Source of the DNA: a bacterium
GTDB lineage: Bacteria > Myxococcota_A > UBA9160 > SZUA-336
DNA length: 64,000 bases
NCBI GenBank assembly: GCA_024226335.1
Contig: JAAELY010000266.1
Coordinates: forward strand, 9,515 to 73,514
Direction: 5' to 3'
The notes below the pieces were generated by a model. The model made no database searches and had not been told where the DNA came from. It saw nothing but the letters and a program-made list of their open reading frames with translations. How positions within the stretch are numbered: position 1 is the stretch's first letter; every line of letters begins with the position of its first letter. Shown here one piece after another: positions 1 through 9,961 of this stretch. Made by a program: the position numbers and the translations under genes.

Positions 1-1
1 C

Positions 2-1030
2 ACGGGCTTTACCCTCTGGCACACACCCATCCAGAGCCAGCGCGGAGCGATCACGCCCAATGGTCTGCATTTCGGCGTTCACCACAACGGCATCCCGGAC
101 ATCGATCCCGCGCGCCACGAACTCGTGATTCACGGTCTGGTGGAACGACCCCTGAAGTTCTCGATGGACGCGCTGGCCCGCTACCCGATGGTGTCGCGCA
201 TTCTGTTTCTGGAATGCTCGGGCAATACGGCGGCCAACGCTCTTTCCGTTTTCGAGCGCGACGACTCCTGCCAGGATCTCTTCGGTCAGGTTTCCGGTTC
301 CGAGTGGGTCGGGGTTCCGCTTCGACTTCTGCTCGAGGAAGCCGGCCTCAAACCCTCGGCAAAGTGGGCGATTGCGGAAGGAGCCGACGGCGGTTCGCAC
401 GCCCGGAGCATTCCCGTGTCCAAGCTCCTGGACGATGGGATGCTCGCCTTCTACCAGAACGGCGAACGCATCCGGGGCGCGCAGGGGTATCCGCTGCGTC
501 TGCTGCTGCCCGGCTGGGAAGGCAATACCAATGTGAAGTGGTTGCACCGGCTCGAACTCGCGGACGCCCCCGCCCACACCAAGGACGAGTCGGGGTTGTA
601 TACCGAGTTTCTCGCGAGTGGAGAGATTGCGCGTTTCTCCTTCCACATGGACGTGAAATCCGTCATCACCCATCCGTCCGGCAAACAGGTGTTGCCCGGG
701 CCGGGTTTCTACGAGATCTCGGGACTCGCGTGGTCGGGGCACGCAAAGGTGAGCCAGGTGGAAGTCTCGGCAGATGAAGGGCGAACCTGGGCGAAGGCCA
801 CATTGCAGGGGCCGGTACTCGACAAAGCGTTGACGCGCTTCTCGATCCCCTGGCGCTGGGACGGCAAGCCAACGGTCTTGTTGAGCCGGGCCAGCGACGA
901 ACGGGGCGTGCGCCAGCCCACCCGGGACGATTGGAAGTCGCGGTACGCCAATCACTCCTTCAACCACTACAACGCGGTCCAAGCCTGGCGGATCGGAGAG
1001 GAAGGACGGGTCGAGAATGTCTACGCGTAA
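2..1030 (+). CDS. Sulfite-oxidase-family molybdopterin subunit (SoxC/SorA-like sulfite dehydrogenase), 5' partial at window edge
   Basis: Frame is open from nt 2 (TGFTLWHTPIQSQRGAITPNGLHFGVHHNGIPDID...), so the gene starts upstream of the window. Sequence looks like the Mo-cofactor plus dimerisation domains of the sulfite oxidase family. An overlapping downstream c-type cytochrome gene is typical of SoxCD/SorAB. Confidence 0.7.
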   Translation, partial: TGFTLWHTPIQSQRGAITPNGLHFGVHHNGIPDIDPARHELVIHGLVERPLKFSMDALARYPMVSRILFLECSGNTAANALSVFERDDSCQDLFGQVSGSEWVGVPLRLLLEEAGLKPSAKWAIAEGADGGSHARSIPVSKLLDDGMLAFYQNGERIRGAQGYPLRLLLPGWEGNTNVKWLHRLELADAPAHTKDESGLYTEFLASGEIARFSFHMDVKSVITHPSGKQVLPGPGFYEISGLAWSGHAKVSQVEVSADEGRTWAKATLQGPVLDKALTRFSIPWRWDGKPTVLLSRASDERGVRQPTRDDWKSRYANHSFNHYNAVQAWRIGEEGRVENVYA

Positions 1031-1601
1031 AGGCGCTTGCTTCGCTCTCCTGGCGTTGTTCTTGTCGACGCCCGTCTTTCCGGGTTTCGCCGAGGAATCG
1101 CGGAAACTCGAAGTGAATCTCGGCACCCCCGTGAGCGAAGCACAGCTTCGCGCACGTGCCATCACCATCTTTCCGGACGGACGCAATCTGCCGCCGGGCA
1201 GCGGTCGGGCACGCGAGGGGGCGGTGTTGTATCGGGGTCGTTGCCGCCTGTGCCACGGCGAAACGGGTACCGAGGGTCCGGCTTCGCGACTGGCGGGCTC
1301 CGACGGTTTTCTGAGTCTCCGCGATCCTCTGCGAGTTCTGCGAATCCAGAAGCATCCGCTCCTGGTGCTGTCGGTAGGTGCCCAGTGGCCCTACGCGACG
1401 TCGATCTTTGACTACGTGCGCAGGGCGATGCCCCACAACGCACCCAAGAGCCTCAGTCACGACGAGGTCTACGCCCTGACCGCGTACATCCTGTACCTCA
1501 ACGGTCTGGTCGAGGAGCAGACCGTCGTCGACAAGCAGACTCTTCCCCGAGTCCAGATGCCCGGACTCGCACGCAGCGTCGATCTCTGGCGGGGCCCGTA
1601 G
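1017..1601 (+). CDS. Monohaem cytochrome c subunit (SoxD/SorB-like) of sulfite dehydrogenase
   Basis: N-terminal signal peptide (CFALLALFLSTPVFPGFA). Single CxxCH haem motif (CRLCH). The ATG overlaps the upstream gene by 14 nt, indicating translational coupling. Confidence 0.65.
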   Translation: MSTRKGACFALLALFLSTPVFPGFAEESRKLEVNLGTPVSEAQLRARAITIFPDGRNLPPGSGRAREGAVLYRGRCRLCHGETGTEGPASRLAGSDGFLSLRDPLRVLRIQKHPLLVLSVGAQWPYATSIFDYVRRAMPHNAPKSLSHDEVYALTAYILYLNGLVEEQTVVDKQTLPRVQMPGLARSVDLWRGP

Positions 1602-1616
1602 AGCGCTGTCCCGGCT

Positions 1617-2480
1617 CTATTCCGCTTCACGCCCCTCGACCCACCAGCCGAGTTTCATCTCGCCGGTGAGCATTGCCTGCCATTCGTCATCGCTCATCTG
1701 GCGGCGAGCCGCAGCGAATCCCGGGCCCAGTTCACCGGGCCACCAGCGGAGCCGGGGCTGCGCCGTGGTCGCGGCTTCCAGGATGGTGTTGGCCACGAGT
1801 TCCGGATCCTCGCCGGAATTCTCACCTTCGGTCGTCGATGCCGCGATCTGTTCGTTGAAGGCATCGTACGGGGTGCCCTTCTGATACTGCCCTTCCATTT
1901 CCGTGTTCGCGCTCATGCCGGTGTCGAAGAAGGCCGGGGCGATGATGCTGATATCGATTCCGAAGCGCTTGACCTCGTACGAAAGGCCCTCGGCCATGCC
2001 TTCGAGAGCGAACTTGCTGGCCGAGTAGGCCGTCTCCCCGGGCAGACCGATGCAACCGGCCAGCGAGGTCACGAAGAGGATGCGCCCGGTCCCCTGCGCA
2101 CGCATCGCGGGCAGGACCGCGCGCGTGGCATCGACCGATCCGAAGAAGTTGGTCTCGAAGACGGCCCGGTACTTTTCGTCTGACACCGTCTCGAGTGCCC
2201 CGAACCCACCGATCGCCGCGTTGTTGACCAGCACGTCCACGCGCCCCGATCGCTCGAGCACTTCGGCGACGGCCCGGCGATTGGACTCCGGGTCGGTCAC
2301 GTCCTGTTCGATTGCGAAAAGCTTCAGGCCCTGTGCGGCGCATTGCTTTTCCAGCGACTCGCCGCGTTCGGATCGGCGCATCGTCACGTAGACTTCGCAA
2401 CCCGCCTTCGCGAAGGCCAGACCGGTTCGCTGACCGAAACCGCTGGCCCGGCTGCAACCCGTGATCATTACGACGGACAT
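1617..2480 (-). CDS. Short-chain dehydrogenase/reductase (SDR) family oxidoreductase
   Basis: N-terminal ITGCSRASGFG dinucleotide-binding motif, NNAAIG, and the YSASK catalytic motif. Confidence 0.8.
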   Translation of the reverse strand: MSVVMITGCSRASGFGQRTGLAFAKAGCEVYVTMRRSERGESLEKQCAAQGLKLFAIEQDVTDPESNRRAVAEVLERSGRVDVLVNNAAIGGFGALETVSDEKYRAVFETNFFGSVDATRAVLPAMRAQGTGRILFVTSLAGCIGLPGETAYSASKFALEGMAEGLSYEVKRFGIDISIIAPAFFDTGMSANTEMEGQYQKGTPYDAFNEQIAASTTEGENSGEDPELVANTILEAATTAQPRLRWWPGELGPGFAAARRQMSDDEWQAMLTGEMKLGWWVEGREAE

Positions 2481-2509
2481 CAGGTCTCCTCCTCAGATAG
2501 CTGAAAGAA

Positions 2510-3670
2510 CTAGGGTTTTTCGATCTGATCGAGAAGCCAGTTGTGCATCTGCCAGAGTTGAGTCTCCAGGTGCGAGACGCGTCCGGGTTTTGCCAGGCGC
2601 GATTGCGCACCGGCCCAGCAGTAGCGGCCTCCGGCCATGTCTTGCTGGTGGACTGCGTCGAGCAGTGCTCGGATATCCTCGCCGACCTTCTCCGGATCGG
2701 GATGCTGATCGATGTTGGGGTGAACCAGCGGGATGTAGCGCAATCGATGGTGATCGTGGGAATCCGGAATCAACTGCAGGTAGGCCGTGTATCCAGGCAC
2801 CATGAAGAACATCGTGTACGGGAAGATCGTCACGAGCTTCAGCGAGTAGAGTTCGCGTTCGGAAAGTCCCGCGGGCGGCGGATAATCGCCGGGGATTGGA
2901 CTGCGGTCCTTGGTCGGATTCCAGTACAGGGAGTAGGGGCCGCGAGGGGGCTCGATCTCTGACATCGCACCCGGCATGAGATCTTCGATGATGTCCTGGT
3001 GCAATCCGATGTGGTGGTACGACTCGGAACCGGCTTCCACGCTCATCTTCCAGTTCCAGTCACAGTCGTAGTCGATCGGTTCCAGCATGCGCAGCCGCTC
3101 GAGTTCATATCCCTCGACCTCGGGGACCAGGGGGGCCAGTTGTGGGGCGAGGGGGGCCGCGTTGGTGTCCAGGTTCACGAAGATGAAGCCGCCCCAGAGT
3201 TCGGCGGGGAACTGAGGCAGGCTCCAGCGCTTCTTGTCGAAGTCCTGCGCCTGCTCCATGCCCGGTGCGCCTAGCATCTTGCCTTCCAGGTCGAACGACC
3301 ACAGGTGGAACGGGCACTGGAACGAATTGCGGTTGCCGCACGACTGGCTCTTGAAGGGAAACGTCGACTCTTCGTCGTGCCCGACCAGCAGCATCCAGCG
3401 ATGCGGGCAGATATTGGACAGTGCCCGGATCGTTCCACCCTGGTCGTGGACCAGGATCAGCGGTTCGCCGAAAAGGTCGATGTTGAAGTAGTCCCCGGGG
3501 TTCGCGATCTGCTCGGCGCGTCCCACCGCCAGCCAGCTGCGCCGGAACATGCGCTCCTTCTCGAGTTCGTAGAAATCGGGATCCGTGTAGCAACGAGCCG
3601 GTAGCAGCGAAGCGCGCTCGGGCTGTTCGCGGACTGCGGCGATTTCGGCGGCCGTCAGGATCTCACTCAT
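2510..3670 (-). CDS. Rieske [2Fe-2S] non-haem iron aromatic-ring-hydroxylating oxygenase, alpha subunit (no beta subunit nearby)
   Basis: Rieske ligands CPHR ... CPFH. Downstream catalytic-domain motifs (ESYHHIGLHQD). Start placed at MSEIL (ATG at 3670-3668), preceded by GGGAGAAG. No adjacent beta subunit or reductase gene. Confidence 0.75.
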   Translation of the reverse strand: MSEILTAAEIAAVREQPERASLLPARCYTDPDFYELEKERMFRRSWLAVGRAEQIANPGDYFNIDLFGEPLILVHDQGGTIRALSNICPHRWMLLVGHDEESTFPFKSQSCGNRNSFQCPFHLWSFDLEGKMLGAPGMEQAQDFDKKRWSLPQFPAELWGGFIFVNLDTNAAPLAPQLAPLVPEVEGYELERLRMLEPIDYDCDWNWKMSVEAGSESYHHIGLHQDIIEDLMPGAMSEIEPPRGPYSLYWNPTKDRSPIPGDYPPPAGLSERELYSLKLVTIFPYTMFFMVPGYTAYLQLIPDSHDHHRLRYIPLVHPNIDQHPDPEKVGEDIRALLDAVHQQDMAGGRYCWAGAQSRLAKPGRVSHLETQLWQMHNWLLDQIEKP

Positions 3671-3799
3671 GGCTTCTCCCTTGCTGTTCGAGGTAGGAGT
3701 CTGGGCTTCAGCTTCAGGATGAACGGAACGGGAGCGCGCGACCATGGGAGAACCGGACAGTTAATGGTCATTTTCGGCCAGTTCTGATATCGTGATCCC

Positions 3800-4813
3800 G
3801 TGGATCCGTTGATCGTGCCTATCGTCTACGCGGCCGAACTCGTCACCCTGCTCGAGGAAGAGGGGTTTTCCGAAGCAGATGTCTTGAGGCGGACGGGAAT
3901 CTCGCGAAGTCAGCTTCGCGATCCGGACGAGTTCATCAGCCATCCCCAACAGGTCCGCCTCTACGAGAACGCACTCGCCCTGTCCCCGGAGCCGGGTCTA
4001 GGTTTTCGACTCGCGGCTCGCTTCACGCCGGGCCACCACGGGGTGCTCGGGCACGCCGCTCTGTGTGCGCGGACTGTGCGCGAAGAGTTTCGGCTCATGC
4101 TGCGCTACACGCCGATCCGCGGTTTCCTGCTCGACCTCGGTCTCTCCGAGCGGGACGGGATCGCAATACTGACGGCCCGCGACATCCTGCCGCTCGGTCC
4201 GGTCCACGTGGTTGCGGTCGAAGAACTGCTGGGAATGCTCGCCAATCCGCTGCCCCTTTGGAAACAGGGACTTCATCCGACGGAAATCCTGCTCGACTAT
4301 CCGGCCCCCGCGCATCGCGCGCAGTACGAGAAGCTCTACGACTGTGCGATTCGCTTCGCGTGCGACGAAGTCGAGTTTCGCTTCCCCAGTGAAGATCTCG
4401 AGATTCCGTCCGAAATGCCCAACGCGGAGATGCTGCGAATCTGCGAGGAACGCTGCCAGGCGATCCTGGAGCGTCTGGGATCCGGAGGACGTATCGTCGA
4501 AAGCGTGCGCAGTCACCTCGTGGCTGCGCGGGACGGCTTCAGGCTCGAAACCGTGGCCGCGCGGATGACCATGAGCCCGAGGACCCTACGCCGCAGATTG
4601 CGCGAAGAGGGTACGAGCTTTCGCGGTGTCGTAGGGGATGTTCGCAAGAGTCTGGCGCTCGACTACCTGGAGTCATCCGATCTCCCGCTCGAAGAGATCG
4701 CCGGCCTGCTCGGCTACGAGGACGCGGCCAATTTCAATCGCGCCTTCCGCACGTGGGTAGGCGACTCTCCCGGTCGCTACCGCGACAAACTCAGGGCAGG
4801 GCACGCGTCCTGA
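3800..4813 (+). CDS. AraC/XylS family transcriptional regulator
   Basis: C-terminal AraC-type HTH (EEIAGLLGYEDAANFNRAFRTWVGDSPGRYR). Divergently transcribed from the Rieske oxygenase gene. Confidence 0.8.
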   Translation: MDPLIVPIVYAAELVTLLEEEGFSEADVLRRTGISRSQLRDPDEFISHPQQVRLYENALALSPEPGLGFRLAARFTPGHHGVLGHAALCARTVREEFRLMLRYTPIRGFLLDLGLSERDGIAILTARDILPLGPVHVVAVEELLGMLANPLPLWKQGLHPTEILLDYPAPAHRAQYEKLYDCAIRFACDEVEFRFPSEDLEIPSEMPNAEMLRICEERCQAILERLGSGGRIVESVRSHLVAARDGFRLETVAARMTMSPRTLRRRLREEGTSFRGVVGDVRKSLALDYLESSDLPLEEIAGLLGYEDAANFNRAFRTWVGDSPGRYRDKLRAGHAS

Positions 4814-4961
4814 TTCATGTCTCGCGGCGCTTCTGCGTAGGCGTGGACGACCCGCCGAGTGTGAAGTCGGTATGCTGCCACTCGCGAATCGGCCGATCTG
4901 GCCCTCAGAAATGTGTCGCACGTGATTGGTACTATTCCGGTCGCTCTTGAAGGAGAACCCA

Positions 4962-6191
4962 ATGGTCGACGTCGATATCGCCTATCTCGACTCCCGCAAC
5001 TGGGAGGAGGCGCCCATGCTCGAGCGCTTTCGCTGGCTTCGCGAGCACGAACCCGTGCGCTGGTCCGAAAAGGACGGCCTGTGGATCATCACCCGCTACG
5101 CCGATGTTTCGGCCATCTCCAAGGACCAGAAGACCTTCACTTCGGGTCTGGGTGTGCGGCCGGGAAACGACATCAAGCTAGGTCTGATCGACGAGGAGGA
5201 ACCGCGGCACGGCCAATTGCGGGGGCTGATCAAGAAAGGTTTCACCCCGAACATGGTGAAGGTCCTGGAGAAGGCTTTCCTGAAGATTACGGACAAGGCC
5301 ATCGATGCGGTGGCGACCAACTCCGAGTGCGACTTCGTTGAGAGTATCTCGGTACCTCTGCCTTTGCTCTTGATTGCCGGGATGATCGGAATCCGCGAGC
5401 AGGACCACGACAAGTTCCATCACTGGTCCGACTCCATGATTGCCGCCGAGGGTAATATGGAGGATCCGGAGATCGTGGCCCGTGCCGGCCAGTCGTATCT
5501 GGAGTACGCGAACTACGTCACGCCGATCATCGAGGAGCGGCGCGCGAATCCACAGGAAGACCTGGTCAGCATTCTCGCTGGTGCAAAGGACTCGGGTCTG
5601 CTCAAGGAATACGACGAATCGGGGATCGCAGCCAGCGCGATAGCCGATCGGGAGTTGCAGAACGACGAGTTGATCAAGCTGATGGTGATCCTGATGGTCG
5701 CCGGCAACGAGACCACCCGCAACGGCATCTCCGGTGGGATGCAATTGCTGATCGAGAACCCCGCGGCCCGTCAGCGCCTGGTCGATGATCCGTCACTGAT
5801 TCCGGTCGCGGTCGAAGAGATGGTTCGCGTGACCACTCCCGTGCGCTCCTTTGGCCGAACCGCCACGTGCGACGCAGAGGTCGGTGGAAAGAAGATCGCA
5901 GCCGGTCAGAAGGTGTTGATCATCTACACCTCCGCCAATCGCGACGAGCGGGAGTTCGAGGATCCCGACCGCTTCGATATCGACCGAAACCCCCACCACC
6001 TGGGATTCGGCATCGGCAATCACTTCTGCCTGGGTGCGAATCTGGCCCGCATGGAGATGCGCGTCGCCTTCGAGCGGGTTCTGAGTCGACTGCCGAATAT
6101 GGAGTATTCGGCAGGTGGACCCGTGCTCCAGCCCTCTGCTCTGGTTCGGACCTGTGCCGAGATGAAGGTTCGCTATACCCCGGAAGCCTGA
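4962..6191 (+). CDS. Cytochrome P450
   Basis: Haem-thiolate signature FGIGNHFCLGANLAR, EXXR motif (EEMVRV), and I-helix AGNETT. Start at ATG 4962 with an AGGAGA Shine-Dalgarno 5 nt upstream. Confidence 0.85.
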   Translation: MVDVDIAYLDSRNWEEAPMLERFRWLREHEPVRWSEKDGLWIITRYADVSAISKDQKTFTSGLGVRPGNDIKLGLIDEEEPRHGQLRGLIKKGFTPNMVKVLEKAFLKITDKAIDAVATNSECDFVESISVPLPLLLIAGMIGIREQDHDKFHHWSDSMIAAEGNMEDPEIVARAGQSYLEYANYVTPIIEERRANPQEDLVSILAGAKDSGLLKEYDESGIAASAIADRELQNDELIKLMVILMVAGNETTRNGISGGMQLLIENPAARQRLVDDPSLIPVAVEEMVRVTTPVRSFGRTATCDAEVGGKKIAAGQKVLIIYTSANRDEREFEDPDRFDIDRNPHHLGFGIGNHFCLGANLARMEMRVAFERVLSRLPNMEYSAGGPVLQPSALVRTCAEMKVRYTPEA

Positions 6192-6227
6192 AAACTCGGG
6201 CCTGCCCCCCGCGTGTTTTCCGACCGA

Positions 6228-7424
6228 TTATGCGTACTGCTTCAGTTCTCTGCGGGCGATGACCATCTTGTGGACTTCGTCCGGGCCGTCTGCGATGCGC
6301 AGTGAGCGGCCCTGGCGCCACATTGCGGCGACGGGAGTGTCGTCGGAAACGCCCAGCGCACCCATGGTCTGAATCGCACGGTCGCACACGTTCTGGAACA
6401 GGTTCGCCGCCACGACCTTGATCATCGAGATCTCCTGGCGAGCTTCCTTTTTCCCGACGGTGTCCATCTTCCAGGCCGCATGCATCGTGAGCAGGCGCGC
6501 CTGTTCGATTTCCATCTTCGAGGTTGCGATGAATTCCTGAACGAACTGCTGGTGGCCGAGCGGCTCGCCGCGCAGCTTTCGGTTTGCCGCATAGTGAACC
6601 ATGATTTCATGGGCTCGCTGTGCACCACCGATGCAGCGCATGCAGTGGTGAATGCGGCCCGGTCCGAGTCGTGCCTGTGCGATCGCGAAGCCCGACCCTT
6701 CCGGTCCGAGGCAGTTCTCGACCGGTACGCGACAGTCCTCGTAGCGGATCTCGCAATGTCCACCGCCGCCCGCGTGACCCATGACCGACACCGAACGCAG
6801 GATATTGAAACCGGGAGTGTCGGTAGGCACCAGAATCTGGCTGGCGCGCTGATGCGGCGGAGCGCTGGGATCGGTGACCGCCATGACGATCGCGAATTTC
6901 GATCCGATCGCTCCCGATGTGAACCACTTATGACCGTTGATCACGTACTCGTTGCCGTCGCGCTTCGCCAGGGTCTGCAGCTGCGTCGGATCGGCGCTCG
7001 AAACCTCGGGCTCGGTCATGGAGAAGCAGCTGCGGGTCTCGCCATCCAGTAGCGGTTGCAGGTATTCCTTCTTCTGCTGTTCATTTCCGAATTCGGCGAG
7101 GATCTCCATATTGCCGGTGTCGGGGGCTGCGCAATTGAACACGCGCGATGCGATGCCCGAACGTCCCATGAGTTCACAAAGCGGCGCGTACTCCAGGTTC
7201 GTCAGTCCTGCTCCGTATGTCTCGTCGGGCAGGAACAGATTCCACAGTCCGAGCCCGCGGGCCTTGGCCTGTAGTTCCTTTACGATCGTGGGCTGGTGAT
7301 GGGGATCCCCCGAAGCTTCGATCTGCTCTTGCGCAACCGACTCCGCCGGATAGACGAATTCGCCCATGAAGCGCTCGACCTGGTCGTAGAGCAGGCGGGT
7401 CTTGTCGCTGAGTTCGAAATCCAT
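6228..7424 (-). CDS. Acyl-CoA dehydrogenase family protein
   Basis: Full-length ACAD architecture and a C-terminal active-site region typical of the family (conserved Glu context). Confidence 0.85.
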   Translation of the reverse strand: MDFELSDKTRLLYDQVERFMGEFVYPAESVAQEQIEASGDPHHQPTIVKELQAKARGLGLWNLFLPDETYGAGLTNLEYAPLCELMGRSGIASRVFNCAAPDTGNMEILAEFGNEQQKKEYLQPLLDGETRSCFSMTEPEVSSADPTQLQTLAKRDGNEYVINGHKWFTSGAIGSKFAIVMAVTDPSAPPHQRASQILVPTDTPGFNILRSVSVMGHAGGGGHCEIRYEDCRVPVENCLGPEGSGFAIAQARLGPGRIHHCMRCIGGAQRAHEIMVHYAANRKLRGEPLGHQQFVQEFIATSKMEIEQARLLTMHAAWKMDTVGKKEARQEISMIKVVAANLFQNVCDRAIQTMGALGVSDDTPVAAMWRQGRSLRIADGPDEVHKMVIARRELKQYA

Positions 7425-7499
7425 CGCTTGTCTCCTACGGCTCGAATATCGAGCCTGTCGATCCCTCTTTCGTCACGGATCTTCTGCCGGGTCTCTCTC

Positions 7500-9326
7500 T
7501 TAGTTGAGTTCGAGACCTTTCAGTCCACCGTCGGCGCGCCAGTCGTCCCAGAGCTTGATGAATGCGACTGAGCCGCCCCCGTAAAATCCGTCCTGAGCGC
7601 TTCGGTCGGTGGGCTTGCCTTCGTTGTTGTAGTACCCGGGAGTGCAGTTCAGCAGGAATTCATTGCCGAGGCGCGAGAGGCTGATGATGGTCTCGATCCA
7701 CTCGTTCTCGGCTTCTTTCGACGCCTCGACCGTGCGCACCTTATTGTCCACACCGTTCTTGATGATGTAGGCGATGTGCTTGGCTTGCTCGTTGAGCATA
7801 TGGGGATAGCTCGGAGTGAATCCGGATTGCGCATTGCTCATGATGAAGCAATTCGGAAAACCGTTGACATGCATGCCGTGGAGCGAGCGCACGCCATCCG
7901 CCCACGTGTCTGACAAGCTCTGACCTTCTCGTCCGTAGATATCGTATCCGGCTCGTCGGGTGTAGGAGGTTCCGACCTCGAAGCCGCTGGCGTAGATCAG
8001 GCAGTCCAGTTCGATCTCCTGACCATTGACCACGACACCCTTTTCAGTGACGCGTTCTACGCCCTGGCCCTTGGTGTCCACGAGTGTGACGTTGGGCCGG
8101 TTGAACGTGGGCAGGTACTCATTGTGGAAGCAGGGGCGCTTGCAGAACTGGCGGTAGTAGGGTTTGAGGGCTTCCGCCGTTTCCTCGTCACCGACCACGG
8201 AATCCACGCGAGCTCGGATCTGCTCCATCTTTTCGAAGTCCGCCAGTTCCATGCTCTCGAGCAGGGCCGCAGGCGAGACATCGGGGTTTTCCTGGGCCTG
8301 GAAGTTGACCAGTAGCTTGCGGATGATCTCGGTCCAGCCGTCGTTGACCAGATCCTCGTCCTGGAAACCACCCGATACGAGGATGTTGAAGTTGTCCATG
8401 CGCTGCTGGTGCCAGCCATCCTCCAGAGTCTTGGCCCATTCCTTATCGGTGGGATCGTTTTGCTTGACGTCGATCGACGAAGGCGTGCGCTGGAAGACGT
8501 AGAGGTGCTCTGCCGTTTCGCCCACGTGCGGAATGCATTGCACCGCCGTGGCGCCTGTACCGAGGATGCCGACGCGCTTACCGTCCAGTCCCGTCAGGCC
8601 TCCATCGGAATTGCCGCCGGTGTAATCGTAGTCCCAGCGACAAGCATGGAAGGCGTGTCCCTTGAAATCCTCGATCCCGGCGATCCCGGGAAGCTTTGGC
8701 TGGTTGAGCGGACCGAGCGCCATGGCCACGTAGTGAGCCTTCATGCGATCGCCGCGGTTCGTCGAGATGATCCAGCGAGCGCTCTCATCATCCCAGCGCA
8801 GTTCGGTGACCTTGGTCTGGAAACAGACGTCCCGGTACAGATCGTATTTCCGCCCGATCCGCTGGCTGTGTTCCAGGATCTCCGCGCCGGTCACGTACTT
8901 TTGCTTGGGCATATAGCCGGTCTCTTCGAGCAAAGGCAGATAGATATAGGACTCGATGTCACAGGCCACGCCCGGGTAGCGGTTCCAGTACCAGGTGCCG
9001 CCGAAGTCGCTTGCGCTGTCGATGATCCGCACGTCTTCGATCCCGGACTCACGCAAACGCGCTGCGGTCAGAAGTCCGCCGAACCCGCCCCCGATCACCA
9101 CGACCTCGACCTCGTCCGTCAGCGGTTCGCGGCTGAAGCCCGGCTCGACATAGGGGTCGTCCAGGAAATGCGAAAACGTGCCTTTGATTTCGAGATATTG
9201 GTCGTTGCCATCGCCGCGGATGCGTTTGTCCCGCTCCGAGCGGTACTTTTCGCGCAAGGTATTCGGGTCGAATCCTGGGTTTCCCGAGTCCGTAGTCGCC
9301 TGGGTCGAATCGTTTTCGGTCGTCAT
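7500..9326 (-). CDS. Baeyer-Villiger (flavin-containing) monooxygenase
   Basis: Two Rossmann GxGxxG motifs (VVVIGGGFGG and GILGTGATAV) and a BVMO fingerprint-like FKGHAFHACRWDYDY. Confidence 0.85.
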   Translation of the reverse strand: MTTENDSTQATTDSGNPGFDPNTLREKYRSERDKRIRGDGNDQYLEIKGTFSHFLDDPYVEPGFSREPLTDEVEVVVIGGGFGGLLTAARLRESGIEDVRIIDSASDFGGTWYWNRYPGVACDIESYIYLPLLEETGYMPKQKYVTGAEILEHSQRIGRKYDLYRDVCFQTKVTELRWDDESARWIISTNRGDRMKAHYVAMALGPLNQPKLPGIAGIEDFKGHAFHACRWDYDYTGGNSDGGLTGLDGKRVGILGTGATAVQCIPHVGETAEHLYVFQRTPSSIDVKQNDPTDKEWAKTLEDGWHQQRMDNFNILVSGGFQDEDLVNDGWTEIIRKLLVNFQAQENPDVSPAALLESMELADFEKMEQIRARVDSVVGDEETAEALKPYYRQFCKRPCFHNEYLPTFNRPNVTLVDTKGQGVERVTEKGVVVNGQEIELDCLIYASGFEVGTSYTRRAGYDIYGREGQSLSDTWADGVRSLHGMHVNGFPNCFIMSNAQSGFTPSYPHMLNEQAKHIAYIIKNGVDNKVRTVEASKEAENEWIETIISLSRLGNEFLLNCTPGYYNNEGKPTDRSAQDGFYGGGSVAFIKLWDDWRADGGLKGLELN

Positions 9327-9456
9327 GGGTCCTGCCTGATCGTGGTTGGCGTCTGGCTACACGATACCACCGAATGGAGGGTCCGTGCTGTGCGGGAAAT
9401 CCGCCCTGGGGCCGTTGGAGAGATCAAGGGATCTTCATGCCAGCTATCCAGCGCGC

Positions 9457-9490
9457 CCCGATCCAAGGACCCCGATCCAAGGACCCCGAG
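9457..9490. repeat. Short tandem repeat, 14-bp unit CCCGATCCAAGGAC x2.4
   Basis: Direct tandem copies at 9457-9470 and 9471-9484, with a partial third copy, in the intergenic region upstream of a small membrane-protein gene. Confidence 0.8.
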
Positions 9491-9577
9491 CCAGGAGTTC
9501 AGGATTCATTTCCCCAAAACCAGACGCCCGGGCTAAGCTGCCCGCAAGAAGTCCAAATTCGGACTCGGGAGACGGAG

Positions 9578-9961
9578 TTGGAGACGCGACCCTATTTCGT
9601 GCTGGGCGATCTCGCCGCGAACATCGCGGCGGGTGTCATCATTGGGCTGATCTCGGCGCTGTTATTTGGGCCGGGCTGGAACATGTTACTGGCCATGTTC
9701 GTGGGAATGGCGCTCGGCATGGTGATTTCACTGCCGATCGCTCTGGGCTCTGGGGCGTTGTTTGGTGCCATGGAAGTGATGCTTCCGGTGATGACGACCG
9801 GCATGGTCGTCGGAATGGTGGTTCCGATGGCCGCGGCGATGGCCGAGGTAAGCTTCGCCTGGGCTGTCCGCGTGGGGGCGTGCTGCGGCGTTGGCGTAGT
9901 GATCGCGACCTATGTCGCCAATAGCCTGATCAAGCGGAGGACAGAGCGATGGACGACGTAA
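9578..9961 (+). CDS. Small hydrophobic integral membrane protein (function unknown)
   Basis: About 127 aa and almost entirely hydrophobic (GVIIGLISALLFGPGWNMLLAMFVGMALGMVISLPIALG...). Start is uncertain (TTG at 9578 after GGGAGA). The stop overlaps the start of the downstream methyltransferase gene. Confidence 0.35.
   Translation: METRPYFVLGDLAANIAAGVIIGLISALLFGPGWNMLLAMFVGMALGMVISLPIALGSGALFGAMEVMLPVMTTGMVVGMVVPMAAAMAEVSFAWAVRVGACCGVGVVIATYVANSLIKRRTERWTT

Noticed and set aside
2510-9326. Possible misannotation of the many other listed long ORFs overlapping the Rieske, P450, ACAD and BVMO genes (for example 3105-3593, 5178-5744, 5920-6387, 6480-7052, 8409-9536)
   Set aside because: All are antisense or out-of-frame to strongly motif-supported genes and show Arg/Gly/Pro-rich low-complexity translations. 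Treated as GC-driven artefacts.
9346-9577. ORFs 9346-9924 and 9374-9961 as long proteins starting inside the intergenic repeat region
   Set aside because: Their N-terminal portions are Pro/Arg-rich low-complexity sequence spanning the tandem repeat. Only the hydrophobic C-terminal 127 aa (from the TTG at 9578) look like a real small membrane protein.
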